DNA of 64,000 bases from an uncultured Methanoregulaceae archaeon (GTDB taxonomy: Archaea > Halobacteriota > Methanomicrobia > Methanomicrobiales > Methanospirillaceae), in assembly GCA_963717525.1 (NCBI GenBank), contig OY970343.1, forward strand, positions 128,001-192,000. The letters run 5' to 3'. The translations under genes and the position numbers were made by a program. Below, piece by piece: positions 41,093-51,652 of this stretch (position 1 is the stretch's first letter; the number at the start of each line of letters is the position of its first letter). Below the pieces are notes generated by a model that saw nothing but the letters and a program-made list of their open reading frames with translations, did not search any database and was not told the origin of the DNA.

Positions 41093-41256
41093 GTTCAGAT
41101 TATCCGTTTATGGCTTGGTTTATAAAGTTGTTAGTGTCCGTTTTTTGCGCTGCGTTGTAATATCAGGAATAATTCCTGAGAAATCCGTAGCCTCCGGACC
41201 GTGAGGTATCAGGTTGTTATGATCTCTCTACCATGATGGCCCGAACCGGCCCGGGA

Positions 41257-41367
41257 CCTGAGGGGGAGGGGGGTGACCCCCCTGTTGGCCCGGCACATGG
41301 GAGGAGGGTACCCCCCCACGTGAAAAAAAGAAGGGAGGGGGGTAGGGATCACCCCCCTCCCCCCAGG
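41257..41367. repeat. G/C-tract inverted repeat (REP/MITE-like hairpin)
   Basis: CCTGAGGGGGAGGGGGGTGACCC pairs with GGGATCACCCCCCTCCCCCCAGG. Confidence 0.7.
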
Positions 41368-41513
41368 CGCCGGAAAACTCAGGTTCCTGCATGGGGTCGA
41401 CCGGCATTTCGCGTGGAATTATCGTCACGCGTTACTTTCACTCTGCCCGCACCCGCACCTTTAAGGAAGTTCCCGTAAACGGTATGGAGCACAAAAAAAG
41501 GAAGTGAAAACGC

Positions 41514-41915
41514 ATGAATGCGCAAAGAATCGAGTCCGGTACACCCGAAGGGGAGGCGCTGGGGTTTGTCGAATCCCTCTATTCCGGCTGGCTTGAACTG
41601 AGGGAGAACCACCGGCTCTACCTTCATTTCATCATTTCCCGGAACAAAAACGGCGGTAATACCCAGGCTTTGATCCGGCAGTGGCTTGTGCAGGGGTATG
41701 ATGTACGGGTAGTGATGCCCCGGCCCATCATGCAGCACATCCTCGATAAATTACATTTTGTCCCGGCGGTGGAGTCCCTGCCTGAATGGTATGACGAAAT
41801 TGTTGAATGCTGGCGCAGGCCAAAGGCGTGGCTGCTGCCCGCCTTGCCTGATGAGGAGGCAGGCGCAGGAAACCGGATAAAGGCCCCTGGGAATGCTGAC
41901 GGGCGCAGGGGATAA
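41514..41915 (+). CDS. Hypothetical protein
   Basis: Plausible ORF with purine-rich upstream sequence; no recognised motif. Confidence 0.5.
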   Translation: MNAQRIESGTPEGEALGFVESLYSGWLELRENHRLYLHFIISRNKNGGNTQALIRQWLVQGYDVRVVMPRPIMQHILDKLHFVPAVESLPEWYDEIVECWRRPKAWLLPALPDEEAGAGNRIKAPGNADGRRG

Positions 41916-42155
41916 CGAGCCGTGCGAGATAAGAGCCGGTGATTTTTTCCGCCCTTACAGAAGTGCCGGGTCCAGCGCTCCCCTCCCCTCATCCATGAAT
42001 CCGGGAAAAAACAAGTATAAGAAGTTTATAAAGGGAAGATCAGATTTACTCAGCAGGATATTGACATGGCAAAAACCGCAAAAAAAGGTTCCGATACTGC
42101 ACGGGATGCCTCCCATGAAGATGTCTTCAGGAACTTTGAGAAGATGAAAAACCCG

Positions 42156-43079
42156 TCACTCCCCGATCAGCGTCTTTGATACGATATATTCCCCTTTTGC
42201 CTCGCGGGTCGTCCCGACAATGAGCCAGCGTTCTGTTCCGTGCTGCTCTATGACGCCGCAGGCTTCGATCGTCTCCCCTGCAAGAGCCTGACCGCTGTAC
42301 GTATGGGTAAACGAGAGGACCCTGCTCACCGATTCGTGTTCCACGTTATACACCGCCGGGTTGTCAAACGCACGTGAGGCATCGGTCACCTTTGCGACGA
42401 TCGTTTCCTTCCCGAGGATCTCTCCTCTGCCGGCAGGGACTCCCTCAAGGTTATCGTAGGATCGCGTGTATAGGATATCAAAATAGGTGCCCTCGATCTG
42501 GCCCCGATTCCCTTTCCGCTGTTCGTGGAGCACAAAGACTTCATACGGGATACCGGGTTTGCGTTTCTCGTACACCTTGCGCCACATCTCCGGGGACATG
42601 CCCTCGATTTTACCCCCGGCAATACCCTTCCTGACGAGCTCCTGCGCGGCAAACCAGTGCCTGCCGTATATTACCACGTCGATATCCGAACTCTCGTTTT
42701 CAAGCCCGCAAAGGAGCGACCCGGTGCAGCCGACCGCACCCGGCGGCAGCCGGAACAGGTCGAGCAGCCGTCTGACCCGGTCGTGCGATGCTGCGATGCG
42801 GGAGATCTCCTGATCCGGTTTTAGGACCCGGCGCACATCTCCGACGGGAATGCGCTGGACAAGTCCTGCATAGGCCGGTTTTTCGCGTGCAATCCGCGCA
42901 TAGGCCTCCTCGAAATCGTATTTACGGTACCGCTGGCCGGACCGGCCGATCCGCTCCCCCCCGGTCTCCGGGACATAGCGGAGCACGCACCCGACATTTC
43001 GTTCGTTGTCGTAGGCAGAGACCGCATAGATCCACCCATCGGGGTCTGCAACAAAATCGCGGAGGCGGATCGGGAGCAT
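42156..43079 (-). CDS. Predicted archaeal nucleotidyltransferase (pol-beta fold)
   Basis: RLRDF, LRYVP, GCTGSLL..SSDIDVVIYG, VGTTREAKGE. Confidence 0.8.
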   Translation of the reverse strand: MLPIRLRDFVADPDGWIYAVSAYDNERNVGCVLRYVPETGGERIGRSGQRYRKYDFEEAYARIAREKPAYAGLVQRIPVGDVRRVLKPDQEISRIAASHDRVRRLLDLFRLPPGAVGCTGSLLCGLENESSDIDVVIYGRHWFAAQELVRKGIAGGKIEGMSPEMWRKVYEKRKPGIPYEVFVLHEQRKGNRGQIEGTYFDILYTRSYDNLEGVPAGRGEILGKETIVAKVTDASRAFDNPAVYNVEHESVSRVLSFTHTYSGQALAGETIEACGVIEQHGTERWLIVGTTREAKGEYIVSKTLIGE

Positions 43080-43095
43080 GAAGACGACCTCGGTA

Positions 43096-43668
43096 TCAGC
43101 AGGACCGGAGAAATGCCTCGATAGCTTCTGCATCTGTGCCGCGGCGGATAATGGATTTTTGGGTAAGATCGATGACCGTGCTGGGTGTCCCGGCAAGCCT
43201 CCCCCCATCGATGAGAAGATCGCGGGGCACCGTGCACTCTTCCGGGGTCTGTGGATCTTTTCCTCCCGAGAGGTTCGCGCTCGTGGCGGTTATGGGTGCA
43301 TCAAATCGTTCGATGATCTGGAGGGCCACCCCGTGGGCCGGGATGCGGATGCCGATCATTCCTGTACCCCCGGTCAGGATCCCCGGGATCGTCCTCCGTG
43401 CCGGCACCACCACCGTCACCGGCCCGGGCAGGAATTTTTCAATAAACTCCTCCATCGCGCTGTCGATGTGGGAGACTGCAGCAAGCATCTCGAAATCAGA
43501 GACAGCAATGGAGATCGGCTTTGCGAGATCCCGCTTCTTTGCCTCGTAGACTTTCTCTATGGCCTCGTCAGAAAAGGCGTCGGCCCCAATGCCATAGAGC
43601 GTATCGGTCGGATAGACAATAAGGCCGTCATGCATCAGCACCGAGACGGCCCTCTCGATAATATCCAT
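43096..43668 (-). CDS. sua5: L-threonylcarbamoyladenylate synthase (Sua5/TsaC)
   Basis: YPTDTLYGIG, KKR..KP, PGPVT, GIRIP, TSANLSG, PSTVID. Confidence 0.92.
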   Translation of the reverse strand: MDIIERAVSVLMHDGLIVYPTDTLYGIGADAFSDEAIEKVYEAKKRDLAKPISIAVSDFEMLAAVSHIDSAMEEFIEKFLPGPVTVVVPARRTIPGILTGGTGMIGIRIPAHGVALQIIERFDAPITATSANLSGGKDPQTPEECTVPRDLLIDGGRLAGTPSTVIDLTQKSIIRRGTDAEAIEAFLRSC

Positions 43669-44345
43669 TAAAATTCCCTGCCGCGGATCCGGTTTATATC
43701 GAATACCGCTTTGCTGCTCACCTGCATGACAGCAAACACTCCCGCCTGGATCGGGTCGGTGACAACCAGATCTGCGTGCTCGGGTACGGTGCCCACCATC
43801 TTGAGCGCGATGACCGGGATACCGGCCTCACGGACACGGTCGACCGCGTTTGAGATCTCACCTCCCATGATTGACCCGGCAAGCACAAGGATAGACGCAC
43901 GGGGGAGACGCGAGACGGCATCGACCGCGAGGGCCAGCGTCCTTTCGCCGACAAGGGGGATGGTATCAACAGAGATCCGCTCGCCGCGGATATTGTGCCG
44001 GTCGGCTTCGTTGACGGCGCCAAGCGCTACCTGGGCAACCTGTGCCCCGCCTCCGATGATGATCACCCGTGAACCGAAGATATCCCCAAAAGGCTGGAAG
44101 TTTTTCACGTCCCGGACAGACTTTATCGCTTCAAGATCGCGCACCAGCTGTTCGCGGTCGGGGCCCGGTTCGTATTCAATGTAGAGTTCTCCCATCCCTG
44201 CATAAGGGCCGGAATCGAAGATCTCTTGGTTAACCATGAGGATGTTTGCCCCGTGTTCGGCAATCACCGTCGCGATATCCCGCAGAACGCCTCGGGTGTT
44301 CTCTGCTATGATCCGCATCGCACAGCGTTCGGTTTCTGTTTCCAT
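43668..44345 (-). CDS. ACT-domain protein (DUF5612-type)
   Basis: N-terminal ACT (GVLRDIATVIAEHGANI); GGGAQVAQVALGA..EADRHNIRGERISVDT. Confidence 0.85.
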   Translation of the reverse strand: METETERCAMRIIAENTRGVLRDIATVIAEHGANILMVNQEIFDSGPYAGMGELYIEYEPGPDREQLVRDLEAIKSVRDVKNFQPFGDIFGSRVIIIGGGAQVAQVALGAVNEADRHNIRGERISVDTIPLVGERTLALAVDAVSRLPRASILVLAGSIMGGEISNAVDRVREAGIPVIALKMVGTVPEHADLVVTDPIQAGVFAVMQVSSKAVFDINRIRGREF

Positions 44346-44354
44346 AACACCGGA

Positions 44355-44425
44355 TGCGATAGCCGGGGATCGAACCCGGGTTAGAAGCTTGGGAAGCTCC
44401 TGTCCTGCCGCTAGACTACTATCGC
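44355..44425 (-). tRNA. tRNA-Gly(CCC)
   Basis: Acceptor GCGATAG/CTATCGC-A, anticodon arm GGAGC-TTCCCAA-GCTTC, T loop TTCGATC. Confidence 0.95.
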
Positions 44426-44635
44426 TTGTAAATACCGCTCTATGATATTGCCTTATTTCGAAGATAAATATAGTGTTCCCTCAAAAGCCGGGCTGGTTTC
44501 TGGTCGATATTTTTATGAACGGCGGTGGAGCATACTATGAATACATTGCATGTGAATGTTTTCGCACCGGTTCCTGTAACAGGGCAAACATCCTCATAAT
44601 CAGAACTACATAATCACTCACCGGAGATAAAATCC

Positions 44636-45557
44636 ATGAAACCACAATGTATTTTCCTGACACTTATGCTGGCTGTGGCAGTCATCATCCTGGCGTGCCC
44701 GGCACAGGCGGATTCAGGGACACCAGGAGTACTCTACCAGAGTAATTTTGTCACCGATCCCCACTGGACGACCAACAACCCCTCGTCAGATTACTGGGAT
44801 CCGACCGAGGAAATGTACCATTTCGCTATTCAGCCCAGTACCGGGAATTATGCGTACTCATCTCCCATCAACTACAACGGCGGATCGTTCACCCTGGAAT
44901 ATGATGTCATCATTGAGCAGATGGATCCTGGCGCAACATTCCGGATGGGCTTTACCAGTGACAATATGGACTTCAACAAAGGCCCCAACGTGATAACTGC
45001 GTTCACTAACTCAAAGTATGGCATGATCATGATCCTTCATACCGTCACCCAGAGTGCCATTCAAACAGAGGTTACCAGTGATACGTCCTCATATGGGGGA
45101 CCGACGGTCACGTACCAGTCTGAATACCACCTATCATGTCAAAGCTGATTACAACAACGATACGAATATCGTCACCGAAACCGTCACCAACAAACAGACC
45201 GGTCAGCTGCTCTGGAGTTACTATACGCCCTCCCCGTCCCCTCTCAAGGGTATGAACCGGGTCTATCTCGGCAATGTCGGCGATTATGGCACGATGGGCA
45301 TATATGCCGTCGGGTGGATCGATAACGTTCAGCTCATGGTACCGGCCTCCGCGACCCCGGCAACCCCGACCCCGCTGCCCATCTCGTCCCAACCTACGTA
45401 TGCCATTAACCAGACAACAATGGTGAGCACGCTTGCGACCTATACTCCCATCCCGACCGTTACCCATAAATCCCCGTTGTCCGAAATGATCGCGTTTGCG
45501 GCGCTTGGGATCATCGGAGTCATTGTTGTCGCGCGTTCTGCGAATAAGAAGAGATGA
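44636..45557 (+). CDS. Secreted protein with C-terminal TM/basic tail (frameshift near 45118)
   Basis: Signal peptide in the first ORF; Thr/Pro linker, SPLS..TM..KKR in the overlapping second ORF. Confidence 0.7.
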
Positions 45558-46006
45558 AGATGGTTCATGAGGTGCTCTGGCAACAACCAGCGCCTCCCCC
45601 GTAATTTTCTTTTTCCGTATCATTGGTCCGTATGATCCGGTTTTCCCGGAATAATATTGATGGCAGGATCTGTTACCTGAGCCACCGCATCGGGCAATTT
45701 TATTTTAGTAAAAAGGCGGGCTCGCTGATTGTTCCGTATGGTACCAGAACTTCGTTTTGAGATCCAAAATGCGATGGGGATCCTTAACTCCCTCATCCGG
45801 CACAGACCGGCTCAGGAAAGTTCACTGGTGAGCTTGTGAATCGCGATCGGTGTCTGGTGATTTTTACGGGAACCAAAAAAAAAAGAGTATGGGGTGGTTT
45901 TCCTAATGAAGCCTGGAGGATGTGCATCAGGGTTTTCCCGGCCGGATGGCTGCATGCTTTTTGCGCCTCTTCCGGGCATGTGTGGATATTTCTGCTCAAA
46001 TGCCTG

Positions 46007-46291
46007 TCAGACCGTCCGTTCCGCTCTCCATGGGTGGTTTACCGGATATCCGGAAATGGTTGCAGGTGTTGTGGTCAGTCGTTCGTACGGGTGCGTGGCG
46101 GGGCCGGATGCAAGGCCCGGTTGCGCAAGGTATGCGTCACTGCCAGCCGGGGCCTGCCCTGAGCCTCCGCCGGCAGTTACCTGCCCAACCGGGATCATGT
46201 CACCGGTTTTTGCAGCACCCACAGGATGTACCAGGAGGCCGATCATGAGCAGGAGCATTGCCGTTCCCATCAGGATCTTTCCGGTATCCAT
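46007..46291 (-). CDS. Small hypothetical secreted protein
   Basis: Signal-peptide-like N terminus (MDTGKILMGTAMLLLMIGLLVHPVGA). Confidence 0.45.
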   Translation of the reverse strand: MDTGKILMGTAMLLLMIGLLVHPVGAAKTGDMIPVGQVTAGGGSGQAPAGSDAYLAQPGLASGPATHPYERLTTTPATISGYPVNHPWRAERTV

Positions 46292-46534
46292 GCGAGTGCC
46301 TCCGTTTTGTTCTGTTCATGGGTCGGTGACACGCCGAAATGCTTCCCGGGTATCACCTGATCTCATAGTTACATGCAGAGCCACATATATTGCCCCCATG
46401 ATGACGGTTAGTCAATTGAACCTGCTGGTTACATGGTAGTTACGAAAAGTACAGCCCTTACAGAGGCATGTGATTGCATGCAGTACGTGCATAGGGTTAT
46501 AGGACGGCAAAGCGACGTACCTCTCAGGAAGAAT

Positions 46535-47320
46535 ATGGACCCTGCAGACAAATCTCCTACCATTGTCGTTGAGGATACGGAGGATTCTCTTGATGAACTC
46601 TCAGAATACCTGGACGTGCTTTCCAGCAGCGCCCGGCTCAGGATTGTGAAATTCCTCGAAAAGAAGCCCCGCGACGCGCGGGCGATCTCCCACGAGATCG
46701 AGACCAGCTACGAAAATACCAAAAAGCACCTTGACAAGCTCATGAGCATCGGGGTGATAAAAAAAGAGGCGGGCCTCGGGTCCCCCACATCCAAAGGAAT
46801 TCATCCGGTCTGGCAGTATTCCCTTGTCCCGGGGGGCCTGGAATCCATCATACGGAACCTCGGGCTTTTCTCCAACACACGGGTTCAGATCATCGGTGGG
46901 GAGATCTCACGGAGACTGGAATCGGTCAAAAACACGCTCTCCAAGGAAGTCCTCGGGAACGTTCCTGCCGTCATTGTCCTTGGCGGGTATGATGATGGCA
47001 GGACATTCCTGTTGAGGAATGACGGTGTGCGGGTTGGACGCAGCGATCCGGAGCGTCCTGCAGGTGCGACCGGAGACGGGGATGTCGAGATCTCCGGGAC
47101 GTATACTGCGGTAACCCGGATCTCAAAACCACATGGAAAATTTATCCAGAAAAAAGACGGGTGGTATTATGAAGACGCCGGGAGTACTGGCGGATCGGTA
47201 CTGAACAACGCGCGGCTGGAACGCAACGTGCCCACCGCTGTCCACGATGGCGATCTGCTCGAGCTTGCCAAAGGAGCGGGCGGGGCAAGGCTTCTGTTAA
47301 TTATCCCAAAAAACCCATAA
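46535..47320 (+). CDS. ArsR-type HTH plus FHA domain regulator
   Basis: LSSSARLRIVKFL..HLDKL HTH; FHA motifs VGR, ISKPHG, DAGSTGGS.LN, DGDLLEL. Confidence 0.85.
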   Translation: MDPADKSPTIVVEDTEDSLDELSEYLDVLSSSARLRIVKFLEKKPRDARAISHEIETSYENTKKHLDKLMSIGVIKKEAGLGSPTSKGIHPVWQYSLVPGGLESIIRNLGLFSNTRVQIIGGEISRRLESVKNTLSKEVLGNVPAVIVLGGYDDGRTFLLRNDGVRVGRSDPERPAGATGDGDVEISGTYTAVTRISKPHGKFIQKKDGWYYEDAGSTGGSVLNNARLERNVPTAVHDGDLLELAKGAGGARLLLIIPKNP

Positions 47321-47379
47321 CCTCTGTAATCATGGTGAGCGGGCATGCCGGTGCTTCCTTTTGCCCCTTGCCATAACAG

Positions 47380-49500
47380 ATGAATACGAATATGATCCAG
47401 AAAACCGTTACCCCGATCATGATGCGCCCTTCGGCCCTGGCCTTTTTCTGCTGTGCAACCGTGCTGCTCATGAGTGCGGCCTGCGTGCCTCCGGTATCCG
47501 GGGCACAATATGTCGTTGCACCCTCGGGGGGAAGTTTTACCAGCATCCAGAATGCGGTCACGTGGGCCTCCCCTCTTGATACTATTATCGTGTGGAGCGG
47601 GACGTACCCGGGCACGGTCAAAATTGACAAGAAGATCACGCTTCTCGGTCTGGACACCGGCGCGGGGGCGCCGGTCATTGACCCGGGAAATAAGGGGGCA
47701 GCTCTCGAAATTGATGCTGATGGGTGTACAGTCGAGGGTTTTACTATCCAGAACAGTGCGACAGCAAGCGGGATTCTTGTCACTTCTAACGGAAATACGA
47801 TCGAAAATAATACGCTCACCGGCAACGCGGTGGGAATCCAGATCTCTTCTTCAGACAGCAATTCCATTACCGGTAACAGCATCACGGGCAGCAGTCGTGC
47901 AGGCATTGTGCTCAGGAATGCAAAAAATAACCTGATAGAAGGAAACCGGGTGACACAAAACACCCTTGGGATATCGATCGACGACCTCTCTACCGCCAAC
48001 ACGATAACTTACAACACATTCTCCAATACCGAGAACGTCCTTTCGCGGGGTTCCGATCAGCAATGGGAATCGCCGTCTTTTCTCTCCTATGTCTATATGG
48101 GGCGGTCCTTTACCGGAAGGCTGGGAAATTACTGGAGCGATTACCGGGGCAGTGACCAGAACTCCGATGGTATCGGGGATACACCATATGTGGTGAGATC
48201 AGGGTTAATCCCCACGTCTGGAACTGCGGTCATCCCGAATGAGGTCGACCCTGCACCCCTGATGGATCCCATTGATTATTATCTGCAGATCCGGCCTGCG
48301 GTGTCAGGAACAGGCACAACACCTGTCCCGACCCCTCTCCCGGTGACAGCCCCGACCGGGCAGGGAACGTCACCTGCGGGTGCCGGATCCCCGGCCACAG
48401 GCGAGCGGGGACTGGTCACGCTTGTGGTGCTGATCCTGCTGATCTGTATCATCGGTGCTGGTGGGGTGCTCTTTATCCGGTCCCGTACAAACCGCGAGGG
48501 GCAGGTTCCTGACGCTCTGTCAGCGTCCGGAGATACGAACCCTCGTCCGGTGCCGGACCTGCGTGAAAAAGAAAAATCGCCGGGGAATAATCAGCAGTCT
48601 CAGGAGATCAGTGCAGAGGTAACCTCCCCCACCCTTGAGACCGAAATAGTTCCCGCACCAAGGGAAACTCCGCCGGCAGCAGGGCCCAAATGTTATTTTC
48701 CTCCCGAGCTCGAGAGCCGGTACGGGGATATCAGGCATATCGGCCGCGGGGGGGTGGCGCATGTCTTTGCCGCACACCGCAAATCGGATAACCTGCTGGT
48801 CGCCGTCAAGATCCCCATCAGTTTTGACGAAGTGACCGGCAAATGTTTCTTAAACGAGATCGCCGCATGGCAGACGCTCCGGCACAAAAATATCGTCGAG
48901 GTGCTCGAGGTTAACATCCTCCCCGTTCCCTATGTCGAGATGGAGTACGTGCCTGGATCGCTTGAATCGGTGGCAAAACCCCTGCCGGTTTGGAAGGCTG
49001 TGCACCTGGTGCACGGTATCGCAGACGGCCTCGCGTACGCCCATGCCCATGGCATCATCCACCGCGACATCAAGCCGCACAACATCCTCGTAACCGGTGA
49101 TTTTGTCCCGAAGATTACGGACTGGGGCATGAGCAAGGTTATCGCCACCACGATGGAGAAATCAAGCGTCGCCGGGTTTTCCCTCTCGTATGCCGCACCG
49201 GAGCAGGTGTCACCGGCCGAGTTCGGGAGGACGGACGTCCGTACCGATATCTACCAGCTGGGGGCACTCTTTTACGAACTGGTCACCGGATCGATACCGT
49301 TTGGAGGGGAGAGTATTGTGGAGGTCGGAAATGCGATTGTCAGGGAAGAACCGATACCCCCGACCGAATATAATCCCGATGCGGAGGCCGTTGAGAAGAT
49401 CATCCTGAAATGCCTCGCCAAGAATCCCGCGGACCGATACCAGACTGCCGGCGAGCTGCTGGATGCGCTGTCCCGCTATCTCGATGAGGATGATGAGTAA
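47380..49500 (+). CDS. Receptor-type Ser/Thr protein kinase with extracellular NosD-like beta-helix
   Basis: Signal; CASH/NosD repeats with GNYWSDY..DGIGDTPY; TM; GRGG, VAVK, HRDIKPHN, DWG, YAAPE. Confidence 0.92.
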   Translation: MNTNMIQKTVTPIMMRPSALAFFCCATVLLMSAACVPPVSGAQYVVAPSGGSFTSIQNAVTWASPLDTIIVWSGTYPGTVKIDKKITLLGLDTGAGAPVIDPGNKGAALEIDADGCTVEGFTIQNSATASGILVTSNGNTIENNTLTGNAVGIQISSSDSNSITGNSITGSSRAGIVLRNAKNNLIEGNRVTQNTLGISIDDLSTANTITYNTFSNTENVLSRGSDQQWESPSFLSYVYMGRSFTGRLGNYWSDYRGSDQNSDGIGDTPYVVRSGLIPTSGTAVIPNEVDPAPLMDPIDYYLQIRPAVSGTGTTPVPTPLPVTAPTGQGTSPAGAGSPATGERGLVTLVVLILLICIIGAGGVLFIRSRTNREGQVPDALSASGDTNPRPVPDLREKEKSPGNNQQSQEISAEVTSPTLETEIVPAPRETPPAAGPKCYFPPELESRYGDIRHIGRGGVAHVFAAHRKSDNLLVAVKIPISFDEVTGKCFLNEIAAWQTLRHKNIVEVLEVNILPVPYVEMEYVPGSLESVAKPLPVWKAVHLVHGIADGLAYAHAHGIIHRDIKPHNILVTGDFVPKITDWGMSKVIATTMEKSSVAGFSLSYAAPEQVSPAEFGRTDVRTDIYQLGALFYELVTGSIPFGGESIVEVGNAIVREEPIPPTEYNPDAEAVEKIILKCLAKNPADRYQTAGELLDALSRYLDEDDE

Positions 49501-49520
49501 GGAATTACGGTTGGTTTAGT

Positions 49521-49712
49521 ATGGCGGATAAACCAAAAACCTATGAACCTGCGACCTGCGGTCATTGCGGCGGAATCGGGTGCACCTACTGCAACAAAAC
49601 GGGAACCGTTCTCGTGCAGTCGCCCAAAAAGGCCTGTCCTGAGTGCGAAGGGGTCGGCTGTCTCTACTGCGGGTTTACCGGGTGGTCACACCCGAAAGGC
49701 AAGTACGACTAA
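49521..49712 (+). CDS. Small DnaJ-like zinc-finger protein
   Basis: CGHCGGIGCTYC..TG and CPECEGVGCLYCGFTG. Confidence 0.7.
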   Translation: MADKPKTYEPATCGHCGGIGCTYCNKTGTVLVQSPKKACPECEGVGCLYCGFTGWSHPKGKYD

Positions 49713-49719
49713 TACAGAC

Positions 49720-50934
49720 TCACCGGAAGGCTCCCTCGATCCGGTGAGGAAGCACGCATTCCTCAAAACGTTTCAGGAAATACCGGTCGGTCATGCCGGC
49801 AACAAAATCCCGGGCAAGCCCGGCCGGAGAAGTTTCACGCAGGTAGTCCCGGCTGACCCAGGGAGCCTCGGTAAAGTCCGTAAAAATTTTCGAGCTGTGC
49901 CGGTCTGCTTCAATATCGGCGAGATAGGTCGAAAACAGGACGCGGTACATGGTCCTGATCTTCTCCCGCTCCGCGGTCAGTTTCGGGTTGTTGTAAATAT
50001 GGTCCCGCGAGAATGCGCGGAGGGTGGCAAGCGCGTGTTCGACCTCGCTGCTATAAGAAACAAAACATTCGTTGTCCGCATCGCTGTTGTCCAGCAGGTC
50101 ATGGATTAGGGTATCGATGATAGTACGGTTGTCGGCCCCGAGGACCTTCCGGCATTCACGGGGTATCTCTGCCAGACCTTTGATAAGGCCTACCTCCTGC
50201 GCGTCCTGGAGATCGCGCCCGATGAAGGCGATCGTGTCAGCGAATTTCACGATGCACCCTTCCAGGGTCATGGGAGGCCCGGCCCGATTCCCTTTCTCGT
50301 TTGCCCCGATTTTCCGGTCAAACGCCGGCCAGTCCGGACAGGGTTCCGGGGAGATACGGAGATCATCGGCCTCGCCGTTGTGGCAGAGGATCCCGTCCAG
50401 CACCTGCATGGTCAGGTCCTGGTCCTCGATCCGGTCAAGGGACCTTACGCTCTGAACGTTATGGAAAAATTTCCCGAGGCCGTGTTCTTCGCAGAGATCC
50501 GAGAGGCAGGATTCGCCGAAGTGGCCGTACGGGATGTGGCCGATGTCGTGCCCGAGCGCGATCGCCTCAATCAGGTCCTCGTTGAGGCGCAGGCACCGGC
50601 CGATTGTGCGTGCGATCTTCGAGACGAGCTGGACATGAATCACCCGGTGGGTGATGTGATCGTTCTCCACAAGGTAAAAGACCTGGGTCTTGTCGATGTA
50701 CCGTGTGTATGCCCGCGTATGGATGATCCGGTCCGCATCCCGTGAATACGGTGTGCGGATATCTGCCGGTTTCCGGTTCTTCCGCCGCAGTGCCTGGTCG
50801 GTCCGTGATGCATGGGAGGATAGCAGGGCTTCGCGTTCGCGGGTATACCGGTGGATCGCCGGGTTGCGGCGCTCTTCACGGTGCTCACCCTGTCGTACCA
50901 TACACATTGTCAATTCTTTGGAGGGGGGCGGCAT
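49720..50934 (-). CDS. dGTPase-like HD-domain phosphohydrolase
   Basis: RDADRI, KTQV, HDIGH.PYGH.GE, DFVAGMTD. Confidence 0.88.
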   Translation of the reverse strand: MPPPSKELTMCMVRQGEHREERRNPAIHRYTREREALLSSHASRTDQALRRKNRKPADIRTPYSRDADRIIHTRAYTRYIDKTQVFYLVENDHITHRVIHVQLVSKIARTIGRCLRLNEDLIEAIALGHDIGHIPYGHFGESCLSDLCEEHGLGKFFHNVQSVRSLDRIEDQDLTMQVLDGILCHNGEADDLRISPEPCPDWPAFDRKIGANEKGNRAGPPMTLEGCIVKFADTIAFIGRDLQDAQEVGLIKGLAEIPRECRKVLGADNRTIIDTLIHDLLDNSDADNECFVSYSSEVEHALATLRAFSRDHIYNNPKLTAEREKIRTMYRVLFSTYLADIEADRHSSKIFTDFTEAPWVSRDYLRETSPAGLARDFVAGMTDRYFLKRFEECVLPHRIEGAFR

Positions 50935-50959
50935 TAAGGCTGACGACCCGTTTGTGCAT

Positions 50960-51442
50960 TTATCTCCCGTAGGTCACAAAGGTCTCGCCGAACTGGACAA
51001 CATGCCCGCCCATGGCCTGTACCATCTGCGCTTTTGTGGCACCGGGTGCGAGATCGATTTCGGTGTCCAGCCCGTAGATCTTGAAGAAATACCGGTGTGT
51101 CTGCCCGTGGGGAGGGCAGGGACCGGAATACCCGATCGTCCCGAAACTGTTGGTCCCCTGGACTGCCCGGATCGGAAAGGTGACCTCAGGATCTTTTGGT
51201 ATCTTTTCGGGTATGAATCTGACCAGTTCTATATTCCACGCAATCCAGTGGACAAATCCTCCGCCACCCGGTGCATCAGGATCGGTGCAGATGATGGCAA
51301 GACATTTCGAGCGCCCGACGTTCACTCCCCCAACCTCAATCTCGGGCGATTTGTCCTCACCATCACAGGTGTATGCGCTCGGCAGGTCCTTGACAGAGAT
51401 CCGTATGCTTAATGATTCCATATGCTCTTCACATCCCTGCAT
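50960..51442 (-). CDS. YbhB/YbcL (PEBP, Raf kinase inhibitor-like) protein
   Basis: YTCDG..SP, DPDAP..FVHW, GYSGPCPP..HRYFFKIY. Confidence 0.92.
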   Translation of the reverse strand: MQGCEEHMESLSIRISVKDLPSAYTCDGEDKSPEIEVGGVNVGRSKCLAIICTDPDAPGGGGFVHWIAWNIELVRFIPEKIPKDPEVTFPIRAVQGTNSFGTIGYSGPCPPHGQTHRYFFKIYGLDTEIDLAPGATKAQMVQAMGGHVVQFGETFVTYGR

Positions 51443-51652
51443 GCATCATGAACGGCGCGACTCATAAAAATTCTGTTCATACCTACCTGTGGTGAACATT
51501 ATAGTTTACAAGGACGTTCCGGCCTTCCTTGTATGAAGTGCCGGATTACCCCTGCCTCCTGTACCCGTGCTGTTGCCTGCTCCACATATTTATTGTCTCA
51601 CAAGGAGAATGTTAGAGGAAAGAAGTACCTTTACGTACTCCAGAGGCAACCC

